Of a stretch of DNA of 64,000 bases, positions 57,052 to 64,000 are shown piece after piece. The DNA comes from a virus (taxonomy: Duplodnaviria > Heunggongvirae > Uroviricota > Caudoviricetes), in IMG/VR virus record IMGVR_UViG_3300045988_010208. One strand, written 5' to 3'. Position 1 is the stretch's first letter; the number at the start of each line of letters is the position of its first letter. The notes under the pieces are model-generated. The model was given only the letters and a program-made list of their open reading frames with translations. It was not told the DNA's origin and ran no database searches. Position numbers and translations under genes: made by a program.

Positions 57052-58703
57052 GTCTATCAAATTCCTTTCCAGAATCTTAAAACCCACCTAACAAGTCAGA
57101 ACTTTACCACTGATTCGATAGAATCTATCCCAGACCTTAAAAAATAATAACTCTATAGTCTACTCTATAGCATTTTATCAAATCAACTTAAATATAAGCC
57201 CATAACCCGAAAGGGAAGGGCAACCCCTTAAACGCTCTATAAAGCTCTATAACAGCCTTATCAACCTAACTTAAGCAATCATATTAACCCACTCTAAAAA
57301 GCCCTTCCTAGAGCTTCCCAGAGCCTTAAAAGAATCTTATAAGGGTGTAAGCTTTATCATCTCGTTAGTATTCTTGTGAATATCTAAAAAGGACTTGTTA
57401 GTGTCTTAAAAGTATGTTATAGGGGCTTAAAAGTTACGTAAAAGTAGCTTAAAAGTTACGTAAATGCTAGCCCCCTTAACATTTTCTTAACAATTTCTTA
57501 ACAAACCCTACATAGTTATGCTTTTAAGGCACTTGTTAGCCCCTTGTTAAATCTCTGTTAAGACCACGTAAAAGCCTTGTAAGAGTCTTTGACATAGCCT
57601 TTAAAGCTCCTGTAAAGCCCTATAAAGAGGTGTCTGTATAGTTGGGGTGTAACTACTAGGAAGAGACTTAAAAGGGGCTATACAGAGCTTTTAAGAGGGC
57701 TATTTAGAGAATCACTAAGAGGAGAAGGGAACGATAAGAAAGAAGAGTTGTGTTTGTAAACAACCACTGTGACCATGTTAATAGCTTGTTAAAAAGATTA
57801 AACACTTGTTAGAAACTTGTTAATTATCTTAACAAAATAACTCTTTAAAATTAACTTGTTAGCTCTTGTTAGTCATCTGTTAAGATTCTGTAAAGCCTAT
57901 TCAGCACTTGTTAGGAAACTGTTACAGCCTTGTTAGTTCTGTTAAGAAACTGTTAAGACCTTTGAAGAGTTGTTAAGAAGATGTGAGAACTGTTAAGAGA
58001 TTGTTAAGGATATTTTAAAATTTTGCAAAGTACTTGTAAGGGAGCTGTTAAGGGCTACCAAGCAGATATACATCTTCTACAGATATTTTTGAGTTCCTTC
58101 AAAGACCCTAAAAAATGACTTGATAGTCCTATTTTATAAAAATTTTAAGATTTTGAATAATTACCTATACAGTCTTTTAAAAATACAGGTAGAAACAGGC
58201 TTATAAGATACCTTGTTAATACCGTGTTAGACCTTGTGAGATAAGGTCTGTAAAGATATTCCTGTTAAGTTTGTTAAAACAGTCTATATAGAGGTTTAGT
58301 AATACCTAGTGAACACCTATAGAGGGTATCATAGCTGACATAATGGGTTACTGTTAAGTAACACAGATAACCTAGAGATTAAGAGGTGTATAGGAGCTTC
58401 TAAGAGGGTGTAGAGGGATGATTAAGGTGATTGTATAGGTTGTTAAGAAGGCTTGTTAGAAGAGTGTTTAGAAGGCTTGTTAGAGGGCTAGTTAGAAGGG
58501 TTATACAGAGGGGCTATTAAGACCACTAGATAGTTACTAAGATACTATATAGTACTATATAACTATATAGAGAGTAAGATTAAGAAGGTTGTTAAGAAGG
58601 GTAGATATTTTATTCACATATGATGGTGACCCAGAGGTTGGGACAACCAATAAAATTTTATAAAAATTAAAAAGCCCCCAATTAAGGAGGCTCTTAAGAT
58701 ATT
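57052..58703. repeat. ORF-free region dense in short degenerate direct repeats
   Basis: About 1.65 kb with no ORF of 60 aa or more on either strand; roughly 35 copies of YTGTTARR (CTTGTTAG, CTGTTAAG, TTGTTAAG), many CTATAKAG-type copies, a 17-bp direct repeat CTTAAAAGTTACGTAAA x2 near 57428-57465, TATATAG clusters near 58540-58570. Confidence 0.8.
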
Positions 58704-59309
58704 TTAAATCAGTGTTTCCAGAACTGTTTTTAATGATGACTTGGTTGTCTGATAAAAATGAGTGAATCCATTGTTGTTATCAAATATCTGCATCATAACA
58801 GCATCTCCCTTGATTGGGTACACTCGGATATCATAGTGAAACCCATTAAAGACAGCAGAACCGTTACAGAACACACTAAAATCATCCACTGAGATATACT
58901 CTTCATGCCCTGTGATTTTTATACAGACACCTTTGCTCGGTCTCTTAGGGTTGATATCTTCCATCACAGACATATTCTGTCCACCAAGAGATACCATAGT
59001 GACCACTTTACGGTTCTTCTGTTTAAAGTACATTTTAACTTTCTGTAAAGTGTCTTCATAGAACGGATAAGACTTCTCTACAAAGACTCCTTCTAATGGC
59101 TCTTTACCATTTTCAACTTCTCTGTTATGCTGTACTGCAAAGATAATTTGTTCGAACCAGTCAAGATTTTCTTCGGAGAGTGCTTCTCGAATATCACTCC
59201 AGTCAAGGACTAGGTAGTTACCTTCAACTTCTTTTAAGTTATCTTTTTCCATAGCTATCACACCATTATCGTAAAACTTGGTAATCTGGTACTGCAAACT
59301 TGTTGTCAT
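58704..59309 (-). CDS. hypothetical protein
   Basis: 201-aa ORF, first gene of the minus-strand block; start may be the internal Met to avoid overlap. Confidence 0.4.
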   Translation of the reverse strand: MTTSLQYQITKFYDNGVIAMEKDNLKEVEGNYLVLDWSDIREALSEENLDWFEQIIFAVQHNREVENGKEPLEGVFVEKSYPFYEDTLQKVKMYFKQKNRKVVTMVSLGGQNMSVMEDINPKRPSKGVCIKITGHEEYISVDDFSVFCNGSAVFNGFHYDIRVYPIKGDAVMMQIFDNNNGFTHFYQTTKSSLKTVLETLI

Positions 59310-59730
59310 TGTTTTTAATGAGGTCTTCTTCTGTTACTAAGAATGTAAGACCACACAAGTGTGTATATCGGCTATCATACTCAAATATTTTAAGTAAGTA
59401 TTTACCATCATGATAGACAGATTCTACTACACCTTTTGCAACAATCTTCCCAGTCTTGAAGTCTTTAAGACGGTATACATTACCAACTTTAGGGACTGTT
59501 TTCACTTCAGGTTCTTTTAGCTTCTCACCAGCTTCTACATCACCTAGTAAGTGAGAACTTTCAAACGCTACATATTGCATATAAGCTTCTGAGCATTCCC
59601 AGATAAAACAGTGTACAAGAACCTTAGCAGCATGTCTTGAGCAATTCAGTTTATCACAAATCTCTTTGTACATGTCATCTTTAGTTGAGTTGTCAAGCAT
59701 TGCTTTTTGAACGACTTCTTTAATTTTCAT
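59266..59730 (-). CDS. hypothetical protein
   Basis: 154-aa ORF. Confidence 0.4.
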   Translation of the reverse strand: MKIKEVVQKAMLDNSTKDDMYKEICDKLNCSRHAAKVLVHCFIWECSEAYMQYVAFESSHLLGDVEAGEKLKEPEVKTVPKVGNVYRLKDFKTGKIVAKGVVESVYHDGKYLLKIFEYDSRYTHLCGLTFLVTEEDLIKNNDNKFAVPDYQVLR

Positions 59731-59783
59731 TTCGCTACCTTCTAAGTTTCTACAAAGGGGCTATCAAGTAACCCCTCAAGTTA

Positions 59784-60008
59784 TTACTCAGACTTTTCAG
59801 TCTTCTTTTCAGATTTCTTACTAGTCTTCTTCTCAGCTTTCTGCTCAGGCTCCTTCTCAGAAGTTGCCTTGATAACCATATCAAGAAGCTCTGATAAGTC
59901 ACTCTTCAGCAGAGTAACAGGCTGCTCGTTGTAGAAGTTTTTGTCAAGATAAACTTTGAACTCTTCAATAGAAGGGAATCCAAAAATTGGTACAGGTGTC
60001 TTAATCAT
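59784..60008 (-). CDS. hypothetical protein with Lys/Glu-rich C-terminal tail
   Basis: 74-aa ORF; C-terminus KAEKKTSKKSEKKTEKSE. Confidence 0.35.
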   Translation of the reverse strand: MIKTPVPIFGFPSIEEFKVYLDKNFYNEQPVTLLKSDLSELLDMVIKATSEKEPEQKAEKKTSKKSEKKTEKSE

Positions 60009-60084
60009 TACTTAGTTTCTCCATAGGCATCTTTTAAGATTGCCTTGTTAATCATTTCAGCGATTGCAAAACGAACACATACAG

Positions 60085-60588
60085 CTATAATTGTAGGTTG
60101 CATTCTTTACTTACCTCTTCAAGTTTAACCTCAGAGTCCTTAAGTCGTTTCTTATGAACTCTGAATCTCATTAGTGAGGTGATGATACCAACTAAAGGGA
60201 CAGCATACAAGTACCAAACATCATATACCTTTGCAGTAATCTGTGTAATGGTCAAGTCTTGAGCTATGTAACTAATTGCTGATACGGCTAGTAATGTTGC
60301 TAAGAAGAAAACCAGTATCATAGCAATACTCAGACAACCTCTGGCATGGTATTCATGCTTAATGCACTTATTCTTTTCGTCAACAACCCTGTTGTAGTCA
60401 TTTGTAAAGTCTCTGTAGAAAGCTTTCAAGTATTCTTGAGTGTAGCCTTCAAAGCAACCTGTGCCATACCAATAATCACCACCAAAGTGTGCTATGATAC
60501 CGGTATCTCCATTTGGTTTCGTCACTCTTAAAGAAGTGTGATGGCGAGTATCCTGAAAATCTATCTTGTATCTTTCTTCGTAAATCAT
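60085..60588 (-). CDS. hypothetical membrane protein
   Basis: 167 aa; hydrophobic segments LSIAMILVFFLATLLAVSAISYI and AVPLVGIITSLM. Confidence 0.4.
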   Translation of the reverse strand: MIYEERYKIDFQDTRHHTSLRVTKPNGDTGIIAHFGGDYWYGTGCFEGYTQEYLKAFYRDFTNDYNRVVDEKNKCIKHEYHARGCLSIAMILVFFLATLLAVSAISYIAQDLTITQITAKVYDVWYLYAVPLVGIITSLMRFRVHKKRLKDSEVKLEEVSKECNLQL

Positions 60589-60803
60589 TTTTCAACCCCT
60601 CTCAATCGTTTGTTCCATTCAAGGTCAACAAGTCTTTGCAGGACTTTCCCTCTAGGTGTTACACCTTTTAAATCTGCATCATAGCAACGGTAAAAGTCAC
60701 CTTCAGCGTGTTTACCATAGCATTTTCTGATATTCTGGCTTCTACGATACTGTTCTAACAGGGAAAGTTTGTAGTAATCTTCAACTGTAGTTAACTTTTT
60801 CAT
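60585..60803 (-). CDS. hypothetical protein
   Basis: 72-aa ORF, overlapping start/stop with neighbours. Confidence 0.35.
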   Translation of the reverse strand: MKKLTTVEDYYKLSLLEQYRRSQNIRKCYGKHAEGDFYRCYDADLKGVTPRGKVLQRLVDLEWNKRLRGVEK

Positions 60804-61345
60804 TCTTTCACCATAGCATTTCTGAACTGGCGTTGTGTTTCTCTTGTAATTTCGTTTGGAGTAAACCCTGCTTTTAGCATATCTCTGAAAAGAGCTTCTA
60901 AGTGGTTCCTCTCAATGATGTAAATGGCATTCTGAATAGCTGTTTTACGCTCCTTCAAGTCACTGCTAATCTCTTCACACTTACTGGTAAGCTCTGTATC
61001 AACTCTCTTAAAGGGTGGTATAATATGTGTATGACCACCTTTAGCAGCATCCATGAAAAATTTAAAAGATTCTTCAGAGTCCTTTAAAGCAATTCCTATA
61101 AAGTTTTTGTAAGCACCTGTGAAAGATAAGGAATCAATCTCAGCAGTTGAGTATACAGTCCCTGCACACAGTCTTGCAGAAGTACTAAATGTGTGGTTTG
61201 GTGTTGTGTCAAAGTCTAAGTTCTTCAGTGGTCGGAAATAAACTGTACCATTTTGTGAGATGTGTGTTACAACAGCCTCAACACTCTTTGAGGGGTTCTG
61301 CTTAACATACAAAATAATTTTATCGTGCTCTTTCACTTTAGCCAT
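60800..61345 (-). CDS. hypothetical protein
   Basis: 181-aa ORF. Confidence 0.4.
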   Translation of the reverse strand: MAKVKEHDKIILYVKQNPSKSVEAVVTHISQNGTVYFRPLKNLDFDTTPNHTFSTSARLCAGTVYSTAEIDSLSFTGAYKNFIGIALKDSEESFKFFMDAAKGGHTHIIPPFKRVDTELTSKCEEISSDLKERKTAIQNAIYIIERNHLEALFRDMLKAGFTPNEITRETQRQFRNAMVKE

Positions 61346-61417
61346 ATCTACTCTCCAGAAACTAAAAAGGGAACTACCTCTCGATAGCTCCCATCATAAT
61401 CAGTTTTGTATAATCGG

Positions 61418-61999
61418 TCAAGAGTATTTTTTAGGCAGTAATGCACTGCGCTTGTTACTCTCTTCACTCAATAGTGCAATGAAATCATCACTTTTACCTT
61501 TCCACGGGCTAAATGAAGGGATATGCTCACGGATAGCCTCAATCACTGTTTTAAGTGCTGTGTTCTTCATCCACCAATCAGGGTCTGCTGATGCTACCAC
61601 GTAGTACCCACCGTCATCAGTTAAAATTGGCTCTGAAATACATGGTGAAATCAAAGTGGTGATAATTGAACCATTGTTCATGTAGTATGTGCGCTTCATA
61701 ACCTTTTCAAGAAGCTTGTGAAGGTCACCAAACAGTGTTACAAGTTCTTTGTGGTCGATGTCTTTTTCGAGGCTTGCTCGGTACTTCAATAGTGCAGCAT
61801 CAACCTCTCTGTCATTAAACTTGAAATATTGCACTTCTTCCACAAGGCAAACACTGATATTGTTAACGTTCATAGTCAACTTGCAAACTTTTACAGGAGA
61901 ATTGATGTTTGGTTGAAAAAGTGCTACACACCCTTCAATATTTCCAAAGTGTTGGACTAGTGTTACTTGTGGAATGATATCCTGTTGCTCTTCGGACAT
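61418..61999 (-). CDS. hypothetical protein
   Basis: 193-aa ORF. Confidence 0.4.
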   Translation of the reverse strand: MSEEQQDIIPQVTLVQHFGNIEGCVALFQPNINSPVKVCKLTMNVNNISVCLVEEVQYFKFNDREVDAALLKYRASLEKDIDHKELVTLFGDLHKLLEKVMKRTYYMNNGSIITTLISPCISEPILTDDGGYYVVASADPDWWMKNTALKTVIEAIREHIPSFSPWKGKSDDFIALLSEESNKRSALLPKKYS

Positions 62000-62343
62000 T
62001 ACAGTTTCCTCATTAAATACTTTTTAAGTTGTGTGTTAGGTTTCTCAAAAACTTCTATAGAAGATATCTTGACAGATTCACCACGCATACCAGTATGTTT
62101 GAATATGTAATACTCTAGCATCCCTATGTACTTTGCTGGTAAATCATATTTGACATACACCGTCACAGAATCTTCAAATTCGACAACCTTTGTACCATCT
62201 TTGTAGTTAAACTCTTTAGGATGATTGTAGTTATCTATGTCATACATTAAAAAGAGTCTTTTACGTTGTAAGTCAAGCTTATTTGTTAAAGACTCTTTGA
62301 TATCTGAGAAGTTTTTGTAAACTGTTACATGGAGCTTACTCAT
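61999..62343 (-). CDS. hypothetical protein
   Basis: 114-aa ORF, abutting neighbours. Confidence 0.4.
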   Translation of the reverse strand: MSKLHVTVYKNFSDIKESLTNKLDLQRKRLFLMYDIDNYNHPKEFNYKDGTKVVEFEDSVTVYVKYDLPAKYIGMLEYYIFKHTGMRGESVKISSIEVFEKPNTQLKKYLMRKL

Positions 62344-62629
62344 CGTTAAACTCTCTGACGAAGAAATAGTTGACTTTGTTATTACCTACCATAAGGTCAA
62401 AGCAGGTATTTTCAAAAGGCTTATTGTAGGCATCGTATGAAACATATGGGTCAGCTACTTGCTTAGTGCTTAACTTCTTACTTGATGGGTTTAAGAGGCC
62501 ACCATACAGCTTCTTGATAGCCTCTTCTACAACAGACCAGATAATTTCGTCAGTAATTTCTTCGTACAGGTCAAGTTCACGCTCTAGTGAGAAGTCACAA
62601 ATAGGGAAAACAACCTGTACTTTACTCAT
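62336..62629 (-). CDS. hypothetical protein
   Basis: 97-aa ORF. Confidence 0.4.
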   Translation of the reverse strand: MSKVQVVFPICDFSLERELDLYEEITDEIIWSVVEEAIKKLYGGLLNPSSKKLSTKQVADPYVSYDAYNKPFENTCFDLMVGNNKVNYFFVREFNDE

Positions 62630-63024
62630 TAACGAATAACCTGTGAGACTTGAATTGCTTCAGTTACTGACAAGTCACCTACTTTCTCTTCTTTGATAAA
62701 AGTGAAGGTGAGTTCAACAGGTTCTTGCTCTTCTTGCTCAACTGGAACACCATTAAGCTCATCAAAGATTGATTGAGTTGTCCAGTCTTCTCCACCATCT
62801 GGATAATGGATTGCGTAAAGTGGAAACTCTAAATTATACCAAGCAAAAACAGGGCAACCATCTGCATCATCTCGACATCTGTGGAGATATGTGTTTGTAC
62901 CTTCAAAATGCAAATGAAGATTACCATTCTTCTCAAAGAGAAGAGCATCTTGCAGGTCTAGTTCCTCATTTTCGCTGTAACGGCTGACATCAACTTTAAC
63001 GTGAATATGACTGTTATTATTCAT
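62629..63024 (-). CDS. hypothetical acidic protein
   Basis: 131-aa ORF. Confidence 0.4.
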   Translation of the reverse strand: MNNNSHIHVKVDVSRYSENEELDLQDALLFEKNGNLHLHFEGTNTYLHRCRDDADGCPVFAWYNLEFPLYAIHYPDGGEDWTTQSIFDELNGVPVEQEEQEPVELTFTFIKEEKVGDLSVTEAIQVSQVIR

Positions 63025-63415
63025 AAAAACCTCTCTCTGCTTGTTCGATTTTTGCTCTTAGAACTTCACACCGTTCGATGTGATATCTGGCCTCATTCTC
63101 ATGTGTTGCCAAAGTCCTTTCAAGAACTGTTTTATAGTAACTTGCAAGCTGCTCTCTTGTCAAGGGGTGTTCTGAAATAATATCAAGGCCACTTTCCCCT
63201 AGAGTATTAAACTGCCCGTGTTCATTTACATGGTAAGTTTCAAACTTGAACAGACCGTTGTTAGCAGACTCAATAGGCGACAGTTCAGCTAACTCAACAG
63301 TGAACATTGTGTGTACCCTATCACCAACTGTAACGATGTTACTCCCAATGATTCTCACCATTGAGCCATTGCGAGTGTACTTAAAAGTCCCAACGTCATC
63401 AGCCCAAAGTTTCAT
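63017..63415 (-). CDS. hypothetical protein
   Basis: 132-aa ORF. Confidence 0.4.
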   Translation of the reverse strand: MKLWADDVGTFKYTRNGSMVRIIGSNIVTVGDRVHTMFTVELAELSPIESANNGLFKFETYHVNEHGQFNTLGESGLDIISEHPLTREQLASYYKTVLERTLATHENEARYHIERCEVLRAKIEQAERGFYE

Positions 63416-63427
63416 AGTTTTCTCCTT

Positions 63428-63458
63428 AGAAAATAAAAAAGGCTCCCGAAGGAGCCTA
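63428..63458 (-). terminator. intrinsic terminator (minus strand) after the endolysin gene
   Basis: Minus-strand RNA: GGCUCC-UUCG-GGAGCC hairpin followed by UUUUUUAUUUU. Confidence 0.65.
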
Positions 63459-63466
63459 TGAAGATA

Positions 63467-63931
63467 TTACTTTGGGTATACACTGTCAAGATAAATGTCA
63501 GCTTCCATTCTACGTCTGTTTTTCAGGCCGTTTGAAGTGACCTTCTTACCTTTGACTGTAACCTTGTTCCACCATTGCATAGCTTCTGCACAACCGACCT
63601 TATTACCAGCATTGTGGCGCTTGATAAATGTGGAATCCTGCATAGCTGTGATGCCAATGTTGTATGTTTCACTTACAAGTGCGTCAAACTCGTTCTGAGA
63701 AGTTGGAACCTTGACGGCTTTATTCACTGCTGCAACGAACTTTTCAACATCTTCGAGAAGATACTGTTCAGCTTGTTCAGCGGTAATCTTCATACCCATC
63801 TTAACAGGTTTACCAGAAATACGGATTGTCCCGTACCCAATTGTAGGGATTCCAGCAGAATCTTCGTAAGCCTCTAGCTTAAGACCTTCAAAGAACTTAA
63901 TAGCTTCTAAACCTTTTCTTGAGAGTTGCAT
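63467..63931 (-). CDS. endolysin, phage lysozyme (GH24, P22 gp19 / T4 e-like)
   Basis: 154 aa; LEAIKFFEGLKLEAYEDSAGIPTIGYGT matches the catalytic Glu/Asp region and GYGH-type motif of lambdoid/P22 lysozymes. Confidence 0.85.
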   Translation of the reverse strand: MQLSRKGLEAIKFFEGLKLEAYEDSAGIPTIGYGTIRISGKPVKMGMKITAEQAEQYLLEDVEKFVAAVNKAVKVPTSQNEFDALVSETYNIGITAMQDSTFIKRHNAGNKVGCAEAMQWWNKVTVKGKKVTSNGLKNRRRMEADIYLDSVYPK

Positions 63932-64000
63932 TATGCCTCCCCTGCTGGGTTAACAGTAACTGTTGCTGCATTAGATGTTACAGAGCCACCTGCACCAGTA

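Noticed and set aside
57052-58703. Possible CRISPR array, because of the dense repeats
   Set aside because: Repeat units are only 8-10 bp, degenerate and irregularly spaced, with no 25-40 bp constant repeats alternating with unique spacers and no cas genes nearby.

Overview
This window reads as a 64-kb piece of a virulent, Felix O1-like myophage genome (identity inferred from gene content and order only; no database search was possible). Layout: (1) 9-9369, plus strand: tightly packed baseplate and tail-fiber operon ending in two fiber genes with His-rich HxH repeat tips. (2) 10052-21257, minus strand: thymidylate synthase, DHFR, an HTH regulator, a secreted protein, a lipoprotein, DNA ligase, an HNH endonuclease and a family A DNA polymerase. 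(3) 21485-51693, plus strand: dNMP kinase, T7-type primase-helicase, acidic SSB-like protein, 5'-3' exonuclease, tandem HNH and GIY-YIG endonucleases, class I RNR (nrdA/nrdB) with glutaredoxin, class III RNR (nrdD/nrdG), a PRPP-synthetase-like plus NAMPT-like gene pair, rIIA/rIIB-like genes, a secreted lytic transglycosylase, a spanin-like overlapping pair and a macro-domain protein. (4) 52214-56988: eleven small genes of unknown function, each behind a conserved promoter-hairpin-leader cassette. (5) 57052-58703: ORF-free region dense in short degenerate repeats, where transcription converges. (6) 58704-63931, minus strand: small unknown genes ending with a GH24 endolysin. No tRNA, rRNA, CRISPR array or integrase was found. 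Coordinates of regulatory elements were counted by hand and may be off by 1-2 nt; CDS coordinates follow the supplied ORF track except where an internal start is argued.
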